A stretch of 57,016 bases of DNA from Verrucomicrobiota bacterium (GCA_049510745.1 JBEKYR010000033.1:1-57016); one strand, 5' to 3'. Numbered from the stretch's first letter, positions 1-9,654 are shown. Notes: generated by a model not told the origin, from the letters alone. Numbers and translations are program-made.

Positions 1-125
1 TACAAGTTACAATTGTGTGACAATGGCGCGGCGTTTCTGTGTCAATCGAATTTCCTGGCGGCCCCGCGCCAACGGCGGCACGGAGCGGCTCAAAAGCATA
101 CCCCATGCCGAACACAGCTGATGAC

Positions 126-157
126 CAATTTTCGATTTTCAATTAGCAATTTTCAAT
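126..157. repeat. Degenerate heptamer tandem repeat (CAATTTT-like, ~4.5 copies)
   Basis: Reads caatttt cgatttt caattag caatttt caat in an intergenic AT-rich patch. Confidence 0.55.
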
Positions 158-253
158 GGTCCCGCCGCCCCGCTTTCAATGCGCGGGACTTCGCGCGAAG
201 AACATTGAAACTCTTCAATTCCCGCCCTGTGTAGCCAGGGTTCGTCCTCACCG

Positions 254-2137
254 TCACCGAAGCTGCGGCGGGGTGGGCGCGAAAATCTTCAGGGTGAAGC
301 CTTCGGGCGAAAAGCTGCCGGCATAAACCGAGAAATAAAAATACTTCGAGACCGCGTCAAAGGACGGCAACAGCGAAAAATCCGCCCACTCGCGCAGCTT
401 GGCCGCCTGGTCGCCGGGGTTCAGGCCGCCCAGCGCCTGCGGCGTGCCCAGGATTTCCGAGAGCGTGAGCGGTTGTTTGCGCAGGATGTCGAAGACTGGC
501 CGCATGCTTTGATTCTGGTTTTCGAAGCCAAACCACCCCGTCGCCATCCCCCCGGTCCTTTGCGCGGCGTCAGGCAGTCCCGCAGTGTCCGCCAACGCCT
601 TGGCTTTGCTGTCGTTGCTGCGCAGGTACTCCTCCAGAATATCGGTGTCGCTGGACAGGGCCAGGTAGCCGCCGCTGCCGCAAAAGTTGAAGGATTGCGG
701 CGCGCCCTTGCCGGGGGCCTGGGAACTCATCGAATAAATGGTGCGGCCGAGGAACTCCCGGTCTTTGATGCCGCCGGAACCGCGGGCCGGGACGCCCAGG
801 CCGACCTTGACCGCCGCGGCCAGCTTCTCCGCATCAGGCGAGCCAATCAGGACAAGAGACGGGGCCGACTTGAGGTCCTCCAGCGTGCCCCCTTTCGGGG
901 CCTTTTCATAACTGATGATGTCGTCTCCCAGGTTGGCCAGCAATTCCGCTTTCAAATCGTAATGTTCGTCCTTGTCCTTGCCCGCCATTTGCAGCAGGGA
1001 ATTGACCGTGGCCACGATCGGGGGATTCAGCTCGTTGAGCATCGTTTCCAGCAGCGCCCAGCTATGCGGTATGTTCAACCGCCACCGCCAGAACTTGACC
1101 GCGTCCGCCGGGACAAACGGAGGCGGCTTGGCCTCCTTCGGGTCCGGGGCGAAGACTTTCAAAAGCCCGCGCCGCTGGCCCTCCGGCGCCCGCACAAAGA
1201 GTTGCGCCGCCAGGCCGCCGGGCAAATTCTGATAACTGAAACTGGCCGAGGTCAGGTCCCGCAATCCCAGCGCGCCGGCCAGCGCGTTGAACTTCAACGA
1301 ATTGTCCGCCGAGGCATCGGCGGCGCCGGGCGGCGGTTTGGCCAATACATCCAACAAGGCCTGGGCATTGACCCAGGCATAGATCGGCGAGGCGCGCAGG
1401 CGCGCTCCGTAATCGGCCTGGAAATCCGCTTGTTCTTCCAACGGCGCCACCAATCCGCCGGCCTGGCGGCTGAGGACTTTCTCGATCACTTCGGTCGAGT
1501 CCCCGATAAGCACGAGCGAATCGCTCTGGCCGATGGTGAGTTCGACTTTCTTTTCCGCCGGCTTGGCCGCGCCCTCCTCGGCGGCATCGGCCGGTTTGGC
1601 TTTCTGGAAAATCTTGTTCCAGGAAAGGTCGTCCGGCGAGGCGATGAGCGTGGTGAATTCCAGGTCCCGCAGCTTCTGTGTCTTCATCGGACGGCCCGCG
1701 TCGGCCCATTTTTTCTCGATGGCAGCCAGGTTGGTCTTGAGTTGGCCGGCATGGTCCTTGGTATCGACGAGCAGAATCTGGGCAAAATGAAACTCCGGAT
1801 TGTCCTGCTGGCCGGCGGGCACGATGGCAAAAGTCACCTGGCCTTGCGCCAGGCCTTGATAGTCGGAGAGCTTGATCTTGAAATTCTGTTCCACCGGCGT
1901 CAGGACCTCGGCGGTGAATTTCTCCATGAACTTGTCTTTGAACGGCTTGACCGCCGGGTCCTGCCAAAGCCGCCCGTAAGGCGTGTTGGTCAGGAACGTC
2001 CAGGCCTTGCCCCAATCCGGCGCGGTCACGACCAGGACGGTGTCTTTGGGCAGAAGTTTTTCCGGCGGCGGAACAGCGCCCCGGCCGGGCAGGCAGAAGA
2101 CGGCTCCGGCCAGCAGCAGGATGATGGGTTTGCTCAT
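254..2137 (-). CDS. Exported hypothetical protein (possibly DUF3352-like)
   Basis: Long ORF with host-like codon usage. Start moved to ATG 2137 (MSKPIILLLAGAVFCL..., signal peptide-like), 26 nt past the stop of the protease gene. Confidence 0.7.
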   Translation of the reverse strand: MSKPIILLLAGAVFCLPGRGAVPPPEKLLPKDTVLVVTAPDWGKAWTFLTNTPYGRLWQDPAVKPFKDKFMEKFTAEVLTPVEQNFKIKLSDYQGLAQGQVTFAIVPAGQQDNPEFHFAQILLVDTKDHAGQLKTNLAAIEKKWADAGRPMKTQKLRDLEFTTLIASPDDLSWNKIFQKAKPADAAEEGAAKPAEKKVELTIGQSDSLVLIGDSTEVIEKVLSRQAGGLVAPLEEQADFQADYGARLRASPIYAWVNAQALLDVLAKPPPGAADASADNSLKFNALAGALGLRDLTSASFSYQNLPGGLAAQLFVRAPEGQRRGLLKVFAPDPKEAKPPPFVPADAVKFWRWRLNIPHSWALLETMLNELNPPIVATVNSLLQMAGKDKDEHYDLKAELLANLGDDIISYEKAPKGGTLEDLKSAPSLVLIGSPDAEKLAAAVKVGLGVPARGSGGIKDREFLGRTIYSMSSQAPGKGAPQSFNFCGSGGYLALSSDTDILEEYLRSNDSKAKALADTAGLPDAAQRTGGMATGWFGFENQNQSMRPVFDILRKQPLTLSEILGTPQALGGLNPGDQAAKLREWADFSLLPSFDAVSKYFYFSVYAGSFSPEGFTLKIFAPTPPQLR

Positions 2138-2162
2138 GTCTTTGGGAATACGCGGCCAAACC

Positions 2163-3140
2163 TCATTCTGCCGCGCTCTTGTTCGTCCGGTTGGGCGGAT
2201 CCAAGTAACGATACGGGTTGCTCGGATTGTCGTTGTCGTAGGCAAACGCCTCCCGATGGTTCAAAAAGAATTTGACGGCTTCGACCGGGATGGCAAAGCC
2301 GAGGCCCTCGCCAAAAGTAATTTTCATGTTCGTCACTCCCACCACCTCGCCCCGCAGGTTGAAGAGCGGGCCGCCACTGTTGCCGGGGTTGATCTGCGCC
2401 GTCGTTTGCAGATACAACGTCCCCTCAAACTCCCGCGTCTTGGTGCTCAGGATGCCTTGCGTCACGGTCCGCTCCAATCCCAGCGGGCTGCCGATGGCGA
2501 AGACGCTCTCGCCCACCGCCAGTTTATCCGCCTCCCCCAGCGTGACGCTGGCAAAGCGGGGCGCGTCCTTGTCCTCGATCCGCAGCAAGGCCAGATCGGC
2601 GAACTTGTTGAGCGCCACGATGCGCACCTGCTTGTAAGTCGTGCGCGTCAACTGGCCGTCCTTCGAATGATAGACCTCCACCGAAATGAGCGTTTCCCCC
2701 TCCGTCACGTGGAAATTCGTAATCAAATAACCGTCCGGGTTGATGAAAAAGCCCGAGCCGAGACCGGCGGGGGTGCGGACTTGCACGACCGCTTCTCCCA
2801 AATCATCGACCAGTTCGCGGACGGTCCGTTCCCCCAAGGGGACGGCCGAGACTTTGTAGAAGCCTTGCTCCGGGACCGGGTTGGGCGCCACCGGCGCCAC
2901 GGGGGCAGCCGGCGCCGGGACGGCCACGGGCTTGGCCGCCACCTCGTTATCGGGGAGCAATCTCGCCACCTGGTTGCGCGGGATGATCAGAACGGTGTAG
3001 CCGATATCGATGATGATGTGGTCCCGTTTCTCCGCGAGAATGGTTCCGGTGACCGAGGCTTTCCCCTTGAGTTCCACCGTGGCCGCGGGCGCCGCGACGG
3101 CGTAGAGCAGAAAAGGCAGCCAGATGCACTTCTTCAACAT
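2163..3140 (-). CDS. Trypsin-like serine protease, S1C/HtrA family, no PDZ domain
   Basis: Motifs GSGF, TNFHV (His), ADLAL (Asp) and INPGNSGGPL (Ser); signal peptide MLKKCIWLPFLLYAVAAPA. Confidence 0.9.
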   Translation of the reverse strand: MLKKCIWLPFLLYAVAAPAATVELKGKASVTGTILAEKRDHIIIDIGYTVLIIPRNQVARLLPDNEVAAKPVAVPAPAAPVAPVAPNPVPEQGFYKVSAVPLGERTVRELVDDLGEAVVQVRTPAGLGSGFFINPDGYLITNFHVTEGETLISVEVYHSKDGQLTRTTYKQVRIVALNKFADLALLRIEDKDAPRFASVTLGEADKLAVGESVFAIGSPLGLERTVTQGILSTKTREFEGTLYLQTTAQINPGNSGGPLFNLRGEVVGVTNMKITFGEGLGFAIPVEAVKFFLNHREAFAYDNDNPSNPYRYLDPPNRTNKSAAE

Positions 3141-3219
3141 TCCAAAAGCATAACCAATCCCGGCCGAATGACAAGGCCGGGAAATTGACAATCTCGCCGC
3201 TTTGCCCGGCTTCCACCGG

Positions 3220-4419
3220 CTATCCGAATGCCAGGCATTGCCGCCGCCAGTGGTCCACCCGCCCGGCCAAACCCAAATCCTTCAGATACGCCGTGTTGAT
3301 TTGCGAGGGCAGGATGATCGACGGGTCGGGCTGCGTCTCGTGATCCAGGATGTTGGCCGCATGCACGGCCGTCACCGGACTGAACCCGCTGTTCCGCCGC
3401 CGCCAGGGACAATGATGCAAGGCCACCGCCTCGGTGATCGATTTGGGCAATCCCCAAATGCCCAGAACCGTCGCCCCCAACTCGGCGTGGCCGATGCCCG
3501 GCAGCAGTTGGGCCTCGGCCTCCCACATGTTGCAATGCTGCTCCCGCGCCAGACGCAAGACCTTCCCAAACACCCCCGCGTGGTTGGCCGCAAAAAGCAG
3601 CTTGCCCAGGTCATGCAGCAATCCGCCGGCAAAGGCCTGCTCGGCTATTTCCAGTGACGTGCTTTCCATCGTCGCGATGCGCTGGGCGAACTGACCCGTC
3701 CTCACCGAGTGCCGCCACAATTCCTCGACGGAGAAGCCGGCCAGTTTGAGGTGATCGAACGACGAGAAGCTGTGGGCCAGCAGAACAAGGGCCTTGGTCG
3801 TCTCCAGGCCGATGTAGCCGATGGCATCGAGCGGGCGCACAACATTCAACTCCAGGCCGAAAACCGCCGAGTTGGCCAGTTGCAGCACCTTGGCGGTCAT
3901 CGCCGGGTCCTGCGCGATGAGATCGGCGATCTTTTCGATCGAGCACGACGGCGAGCGCATTTCTTCGACCACCTGAAAATACGTTTTGGGCGGGCTGGGG
4001 ACCTGGCGCATCTGCGCCATCAGACCCTGCATCGATTCGCTGGGCAGCCAGCTTTCCTGCGCGAAAGCCTGGTTGAGGGCATTGAGCAGCGTCGCCGCGC
4101 CGCACGGCTTCAACAAATGGTGATGGGCGTGCCCGATGCACTTCATCGTGCTCTCCGTGTCCGCCATGTCCGAGAGGACAATGCGCATGGCTTTGGGCTG
4201 CCGCCGCATCAAGGCATCCAGAAAGTCGGTGCCGCTCATGCCGGAAAGGCAGACATCGGCCGCCACCGCGTCAAAACTCGCCTGATAGCACAGCGCCAGC
4301 GCCTCCTCGCCCGAAGCCGCGCGTTCCACCGTCCAGGCCGCCTCCGGGCCGCTGTCCCGCGCCTGGAATTCCTGGCACAGAGCCGGGTCCCCGCCGACAA
4401 ACAAGATGCGCTTCTTCAT
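3220..4419 (-). CDS. Response regulator receiver + HDOD domain protein
   Basis: N-terminal REC (KRILFVGGD...DAVAAD...IVLS...LLKP); HDOD motifs QDPAMTAKVLQLANS, LWRHS, GLLHDLGK, HAELG..WGLP..I.EAV..HH. Start ATG 4419. Confidence 0.88.
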   Translation of the reverse strand: MKKRILFVGGDPALCQEFQARDSGPEAAWTVERAASGEEALALCYQASFDAVAADVCLSGMSGTDFLDALMRRQPKAMRIVLSDMADTESTMKCIGHAHHHLLKPCGAATLLNALNQAFAQESWLPSESMQGLMAQMRQVPSPPKTYFQVVEEMRSPSCSIEKIADLIAQDPAMTAKVLQLANSAVFGLELNVVRPLDAIGYIGLETTKALVLLAHSFSSFDHLKLAGFSVEELWRHSVRTGQFAQRIATMESTSLEIAEQAFAGGLLHDLGKLLFAANHAGVFGKVLRLAREQHCNMWEAEAQLLPGIGHAELGATVLGIWGLPKSITEAVALHHCPWRRRNSGFSPVTAVHAANILDHETQPDPSIILPSQINTAYLKDLGLAGRVDHWRRQCLAFG

Positions 4420-4657
4420 GCCAATCAAGCCAACCGATTGGGTGGGGCGTCCACGTCCCGCGCGTGAGCGCCGAAAACCCGTCCAGTCATTTAGAGTATC
4501 GGCAGAATGCCCTGTCGTCAAAAGCATTCCGGGGCCGGAAAAGACAAGGCGCGCCTCTCAGTTTTTGGCAGGGATCGAACGTGGTTGCAGGAGGTCCAAA
4601 AACCGAGATGCGCCCGTCGGCCCGCCCGGATTCCACATTTTTCTCGACAAAGGGGAG

Positions 4658-4716
4658 ATTTGAATTTAGACTCCCCGCATTCCGGCTTCCAATGCGGGGA
4701 GTCTTAATTTCAAATT
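4658..4716. repeat. Long inverted repeat / hairpin between divergent genes
   Basis: agactccccgcatt (4668-4681), 9-nt loop, aatgcggggagtct (4691-4704): a perfect 14-bp stem with imperfect AT-rich extension. Confidence 0.7.
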
Positions 4717-4826
4717 CACCTGAATCCATGGCGATGCCCTCACTCTGTTCACCAAATGGCGCCTGTCGCCGCAGCCTGCCCAGCCATGACCGCCGCAAAG
4801 GGCTGAAAACACCTGAAAAAAAGAGC

Positions 4827-4858
4827 TTGACGCACTGTTATTATGTGATATATACAGT
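4827..4858 (+). promoter_or_regulatory. Putative sigma70 promoter with overlapping YtrA-type operator
   Basis: TTGACG at 4827, TATATA/TATACA at 4849-4856, inverted repeat ACTGT(4834)-N15-ACAGT(4854) just upstream of the gntR start. Confidence 0.55.
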
Positions 4859-4865
4859 AGTATCA

Positions 4866-5267
4866 GTGACCAACCAACGTAAATCCTGGTTGATCGGCCC
4901 GATCTCCCCCGCCGCCGGCGGGACGCTTTACCAACAGATCGTTGACCGCCTCAAACGCGAGGTCAGCGAGGGGCGACTCAAGCCCGGCGCGGCGCTGCCC
5001 TCCTTCCGCCAGCTCGCGGAGGAATTGCTCGTCAGCGTCATCACCGTCAAGCGCGCTTACGAGGAATTGGAGCGCGAAGGCATCATCTTCCGCCGCCAGG
5101 GGCTGGGCACGTTTGTGGCCGAACAGGGCCGCGACCGCAGCCGCGAGACGAAACTCGCCGCGGCGAAAGAGTTGCTGCGCGACGGTTTCCGCGAAGCCGG
5201 CGAGGCCGGATTGAAACCGGCTGAAATCCTCGACCTCGCCCATGAACTGCTGAAGGAGAAAAAATGA
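4866..5267 (+). CDS. GntR family transcriptional regulator, YtrA subfamily
   Basis: LYQQIVD..K..V..G.LKPG..LPSFRQLA..L.VS..TV.RAY.ELE.EG.I..RQG.GTFV; short C-terminus; precedes ABC ATPase. GTG start 4866. Confidence 0.9.
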   Translation: MTNQRKSWLIGPISPAAGGTLYQQIVDRLKREVSEGRLKPGAALPSFRQLAEELLVSVITVKRAYEELEREGIIFRRQGLGTFVAEQGRDRSRETKLAAAKELLRDGFREAGEAGLKPAEILDLAHELLKEKK

Positions 5268-5268
5268 T

Positions 5269-6150
5269 ATGAACAACGCCATCGAAATCCGCGGACTTGT
5301 CAAAAAATATCCCCGCTTCCAGCTCGGTCCGCTCGACCTGACCGTGCCGCGCGGCGCGATCTACGGCCTCATCGGCCCGAACGGCGCGGGCAAGACCACC
5401 GCCATCGACCTCATTTTCGGCCTGGGCAAAAACGACGCCGGGCAAATCCGCGTGCTCGGCTTCGACCACCGAACCGACGCGGTATCGCTCAAACGCCGCG
5501 CCGCCTGCGTCAGCCCCGATTTAAACTTCGAGGTCTGGGGCAAAGTCGGGCGCGCCATCCGTTTTGTGCGCGGCTTTTATCCTGAATGGGATGAGACCTA
5601 CTGCGCGGCGTTGATGAAGGCCTTTCATCTGAGCGACACCGACAGGGTGGCCACGCTTTCGTTCGGCGCGAAAACCAAGTTGAGCCTGCTGCTGGCGCTG
5701 GCGCGCCGGCCGGAGATTTTGATTCTCGACGAACCGATCACCGGCCTGGACGCCGTTTCCAAGCAGCAAGTCTTCGGCGAATTGCTCAAGGCCGTGGAAG
5801 ACGGCGAGCGCACCGTGCTGATTTCGTCAAATGGGTTAAGCGACATCGAACGGTTTGCCGACCATGTGGGCATGATCAAGAACGGGCTGCTTCTCCTTGA
5901 AGGGCGCACCGACGAAGTGGTGGACCGCTACCGCCTGGCGGAATTTTTCACGGGCAACGGCACGAGCTTCCAGAGCCGCGAGGGCCTCATCATCTTGAAA
6001 CAAACTGAAAACCGCTGGCATGCGCTGCTCGACCAAAAAAGCGGCGCGCACGAGTGGCTGCAGACGCACGGCGCGGAACAAATCTCGCTCACCCGCGTGA
6101 CGCTGGAAGAGTTGTTCGTGGCGCTGGCCAAAGAAGAGGAGGCCGCATGA
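5269..6150 (+). CDS. ABC transporter ATP-binding protein (YtrB-like)
   Basis: Walker A GPNGAGKTT, signature LSFGA, Walker B LILDEP; the usual H-loop His reads SSN. Confidence 0.9.
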   Translation: MNNAIEIRGLVKKYPRFQLGPLDLTVPRGAIYGLIGPNGAGKTTAIDLIFGLGKNDAGQIRVLGFDHRTDAVSLKRRAACVSPDLNFEVWGKVGRAIRFVRGFYPEWDETYCAALMKAFHLSDTDRVATLSFGAKTKLSLLLALARRPEILILDEPITGLDAVSKQQVFGELLKAVEDGERTVLISSNGLSDIERFADHVGMIKNGLLLLEGRTDEVVDRYRLAEFFTGNGTSFQSREGLIILKQTENRWHALLDQKSGAHEWLQTHGAEQISLTRVTLEELFVALAKEEEAA

Positions 6151-7646
6151 ACCGGCTGATTCTCGATCACTTTCGCCGCTGGTTGTGGGTCCTGGCTCTT
6201 GTCTCCGTGCTTGAATTCGGTCTGGGCTGGCTTATCGCCAGCCACCCGGAACAAAACTTCGAGTTTTGGGGTTTGCTTCTGGCTTTGTGGACGGGCGCGA
6301 ATTTGCTCTCGTTTGATTTCAGACGCGGAATCGGTCGCGCGGTCGCGGTTTTGCCGCTGACGGCCCGGCAAATCGGCCGCGGTTGGTGGCTGGCGACCGT
6401 GGCCCTCCCGGCCATCGCGCTGGCCGCGCTGCTGTTTTTGGGCGCGGGAACGTTTTATCATTTTCACCCGGACAAGGTTTTCCCCGCGGATCGGCTGGCG
6501 CTGGCGTGCCTCTTTAACGTGGCCTGGCTGGGCGTAGTGTTCACCTGTGTTTTCCCCGCGCCCGGCCTTTACGGAAACGGGTGGGAGCGCGCGGGCGCCT
6601 CCTTTTTGTCCCTGCTGGGCGCCTCCTTTTTGTCCCTGCTGTCGGTCGTAACGCTCCTGGGCGGAATGATCTATTTCCAGGACGCGTCGAAAAAGCCCTT
6701 CAAATGCGCCCTCCTTTTGGGAGTCGGCGCATTGTTGACAGTTGCGGGCTGGTTTCGCGCCGGGCGATTCGTCCTTGGCCCCGCCAGCTTCCGGCTCGCT
6801 ACGCCACAAAACAAAGTTCCGCGCAGCCAGCCCGGCGCGTTCGACGACAGCTTCCGACGGCTGGAGGCGCTTCGGCCCCCGGCGACGGCATCAAGACTTC
6901 GAAGGCGCCTGTTCGACCGCCTCATGCGGTGGCTGGAGGGGATGGCGGGCGGAAATCCGCGCGGCGAGCACCATGCGCCCGGCGGCTGCGGCGGAATTCC
7001 TTTTCTGATCAGCGCCACCTTTGTCCGCGGATTTCTCTACGTCGCGGCCATGGTCGCGCTGATGGCGCTGGTCAGACATTGGCAACGTCGGATGATGTCG
7101 CACGATATGGACATCCTGTTATTTGCAACGAATGGGAGTTTTATGTCGTGTTGGTTTATTATTTTCTACCAGATCGTGCCCGTCCTGCCGCATCTGCGCT
7201 TTTTACGGACGCTGCCGATTTCCGTAAGCAGCCTCGCCGGGGTGATGATCGCCATGGCAATTCTGCCGCTCATCGCGCTGGGCGCGCTGGCGGCCGGAGT
7301 CGCCGGGCTGTCCGTGGGAACTCCAGGCGCCGTCACGGTTTTGAAAAGCTATGCGCTCATCCTCGCGCCTGCCTCGCTGTGCGTCTTCTTCGCCGTCTGT
7401 CGCGGCTCTGGAGTGCCGGCCGGCGCTTTGGTGCTCTTGACTATGTTCGGTTTCCTCGTAGCGCCCTTGTGGTTGAAGGGGATTCTCCATAATCCGGAAA
7501 TCCCCTTCCGTCTGACCGGCGCATTCGTGGCGTTATGTGTCCTGCTGGCATTTCTGCTCACGCGGCGCGCGCTCCTGCACAGCAGCCGCGCCTACCGCGT
7601 CCAGGCAAGCCCCTTCGGCAAATGGGCGTGGACCATGGGCAGGTGA
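6147..7646 (+). CDS. Multi-pass membrane protein, probable ABC permease
   Basis: ATGA overlap with the ATPase gene; ~12 hydrophobic segments in two halves, each with an LP(L/I)(T/S) motif. Confidence 0.75.
   Translation: MNRLILDHFRRWLWVLALVSVLEFGLGWLIASHPEQNFEFWGLLLALWTGANLLSFDFRRGIGRAVAVLPLTARQIGRGWWLATVALPAIALAALLFLGAGTFYHFHPDKVFPADRLALACLFNVAWLGVVFTCVFPAPGLYGNGWERAGASFLSLLGASFLSLLSVVTLLGGMIYFQDASKKPFKCALLLGVGALLTVAGWFRAGRFVLGPASFRLATPQNKVPRSQPGAFDDSFRRLEALRPPATASRLRRRLFDRLMRWLEGMAGGNPRGEHHAPGGCGGIPFLISATFVRGFLYVAAMVALMALVRHWQRRMMSHDMDILLFATNGSFMSCWFIIFYQIVPVLPHLRFLRTLPISVSSLAGVMIAMAILPLIALGALAAGVAGLSVGTPGAVTVLKSYALILAPASLCVFFAVCRGSGVPAGALVLLTMFGFLVAPLWLKGILHNPEIPFRLTGAFVALCVLLAFLLTRRALLHSSRAYRVQASPFGKWAWTMGR
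6593..6641 (+). repeat. Perfect in-frame 24-bp tandem duplication
   Basis: gggcgcctcctttttgtccctgct x2, encoding GASFLSLL GASFLSLL. Confidence 0.95.
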
Positions 7647-7686
7647 TTCCTACCCTGCCGATTTCGTTGCCCGATTGAAAAGCCCC

Positions 7687-7926
7687 TTACGCGCGCTGCA
7701 ATTGCAGTTCGGCTTCGAACCAATGCTTCCGATCACAGCCCTGTTCCTGTCCTTGCGAGAGCCAAATCTCGTAGGCCTTTTGTGCGATGGCCGCCTGCGA
7801 AGGGCGTGCTCTTTGCGACTTTGCCGGGTTGACCGAAGAAACGCCGGCAGTGGCAACTGGCGTTGATTTCATAGCGCCCCGAGCGTTGGAAGTGGGAGAG
7901 GTGGTTCGGCCTGGGTTTATCGTCAT
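7687..7926 (-). CDS. DUF2934 domain-containing protein
   Basis: IAQKAYEIWLSQGQEQGCDRKHWFEAELQL matches the I..RAYE.W...G...G.D..HW..AE..L pattern. Confidence 0.8.
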   Translation of the reverse strand: MTINPGRTTSPTSNARGAMKSTPVATAGVSSVNPAKSQRARPSQAAIAQKAYEIWLSQGQEQGCDRKHWFEAELQLQRA

Positions 7927-8141
7927 AATTTTATGCTTTCTGGATCTGTTTTTTTAAATTTGAGCCACCATGGCGGCTCCAGCTTTGAAAAGCAGGGAAT
8001 AAGAGGGAGGGACTGCCCATACGAATGGAAGTCGGACACCTGGTAAACTTAGCTCCGTTAGCAACCACAAGGTACGCCATAAACCAAGTCAAGCAAGATA
8101 AATCGGCATAAATCGGCTGCCGGGGGCAATTTCGCAATCCC

Positions 8142-9422
8142 TCAGGCCGGCTTGGACTTCACCTTCAAAGTGAGGCCCTCGATGCCGACGATTACCACGG
8201 GCTGGCCCCGCTCGACCGGCGTGTCCGAAACGGCGTTCCACAATTCGCCTTCGACAAAAACGCGTCCGCCCGTGGCGTCCACGCGCTCCAGCGCCGGGAC
8301 GGTTTTGCCGAGCATGGTCTCGCGGCCCGCGCGCACCGGCAGCCGTTGCGCCCGCAGGCCCGCGCCGACGAAGAAGATGAAAAACGCGGCCGTCAGCGAC
8401 GTGGCCGAAATGATGGAGGGCAGCGAAAGACGAAAGCCTGGGCCGGCGTGATTGAAGAGCATCAGCGCGCCGAGGAAGAAGGCAACAATCCCGCCGAAGG
8501 TCAGGACACCGTGGGTCGGCGCGAAGAGGTCGATGATAAACAACATCACGGCCAGGCCGATGAGCGCCAACCCGGCAAGGTTCACCGGCAGGATGGCGGA
8601 CATGTAAAGGACCAGCAGGAGCGCGATCGCGCCCACGACGCCCGGCAGAATCGCGCCCGGGTTGCTCAGTTCGCCGATGAGGCCGTAGATGGCCGCGAGC
8701 ATGAGGATCAACATCACTTCCGGCCTCCAAAGCAGTTGGAACAATTCCTCGCTCGCGGACATGGGAATGGCCGCGACGTTGGCCCCGTTCGTTTTCAATT
8801 TCCTTTGGCCGACTTGGCGGCTGTCGAGTTGCTTGAGCAGGTCGGGAATGTCCTTGGCGATAAGGTCAATGACCTTGAGCTCGAGGGCTTTTTCCGCCGT
8901 GATGGAGGCGCTTTCGCGGACCGCCGTTTTGGCCCAGTCGGCATTGCGGCCGCGTTTTTGAGCGATGGCTTCAATCTCGCTGCTGGCGAAGTTCTCCAGC
9001 TTTTGCTTCATGACCTCGTCGAGTTTTTCGGCGCCGGCCACGCCGATTTCGACCGGGTGCGCCGCGCCGATGCTGGTGTTGGGGGCCATGGCGGCGACAT
9101 CGGCCGCCATGGTGATGAAAGTGCCCGCGCTGGCCGCGTACGCGCCCGAGGGCGCGACATAGACAACGGTCGGCACTGTCGAAGCGTAAAACGTCTGCAC
9201 GATTTCCTTGGTCGAATCGAGCAATCCGCCGGGCGTGTCGAGTCGAATGATAAGGCAGGCGTCGCCGCGTTCTTCCGCGATGCCAAGGGCGCGGGAGATG
9301 TAACTGGCGGTGGCCGGGCCGATGGCGCCCTTGATTTCAATCAGGCTGACGTCTGCGGCCGGAAGGCTGGCCGCCGCTCCAAAAAGAGCCGCCGCGATCA
9401 GAATCGGGCTTAGATGTCTCAT
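8142..9422 (-). CDS. nfeD: NfeD family membrane-bound serine protease (ClpP class, long form)
   Basis: LDTPGG, AASAG (Ser), IGAAHPV, TM bundle and C-terminal OB-fold G.VFVEGELWNA. Confidence 0.92.
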   Translation of the reverse strand: MRHLSPILIAAALFGAAASLPAADVSLIEIKGAIGPATASYISRALGIAEERGDACLIIRLDTPGGLLDSTKEIVQTFYASTVPTVVYVAPSGAYAASAGTFITMAADVAAMAPNTSIGAAHPVEIGVAGAEKLDEVMKQKLENFASSEIEAIAQKRGRNADWAKTAVRESASITAEKALELKVIDLIAKDIPDLLKQLDSRQVGQRKLKTNGANVAAIPMSASEELFQLLWRPEVMLILMLAAIYGLIGELSNPGAILPGVVGAIALLLVLYMSAILPVNLAGLALIGLAVMLFIIDLFAPTHGVLTFGGIVAFFLGALMLFNHAGPGFRLSLPSIISATSLTAAFFIFFVGAGLRAQRLPVRAGRETMLGKTVPALERVDATGGRVFVEGELWNAVSDTPVERGQPVVIVGIEGLTLKVKSKPA

Positions 9423-9654
9423 AATTCCTTCCAGGCATCAACGTAACAGATGCGGCCACAGGCGCAACGGCGTATCTCACTTTTTGGAAATGGGGAGGCG
9501 CCTGTGTGGCGGGAATAAATTGCCCTTCGCCGGCCTTCGGGCGCGGCAAAAAGTTCCCACAGCCGTCGAAGCCGCCGGCCGCCCGGCGAGGCGGCATCTA
9601 AAAAACCCTGAAAACAAAGGGGTTTTGGCGCCTGGTGCGCCTTCCGCCCAAACA

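Noticed and set aside
473..2275. 600-aa plus-strand ORF
   Set aside because: Antisense shadow of the 254-2137 gene; typical of high-GC codon bias, no recognisable motifs.
7962..7979. gagccacca/tggcggctc hairpin as a terminator
   Set aside because: No loop space and no downstream U-tract on either strand.
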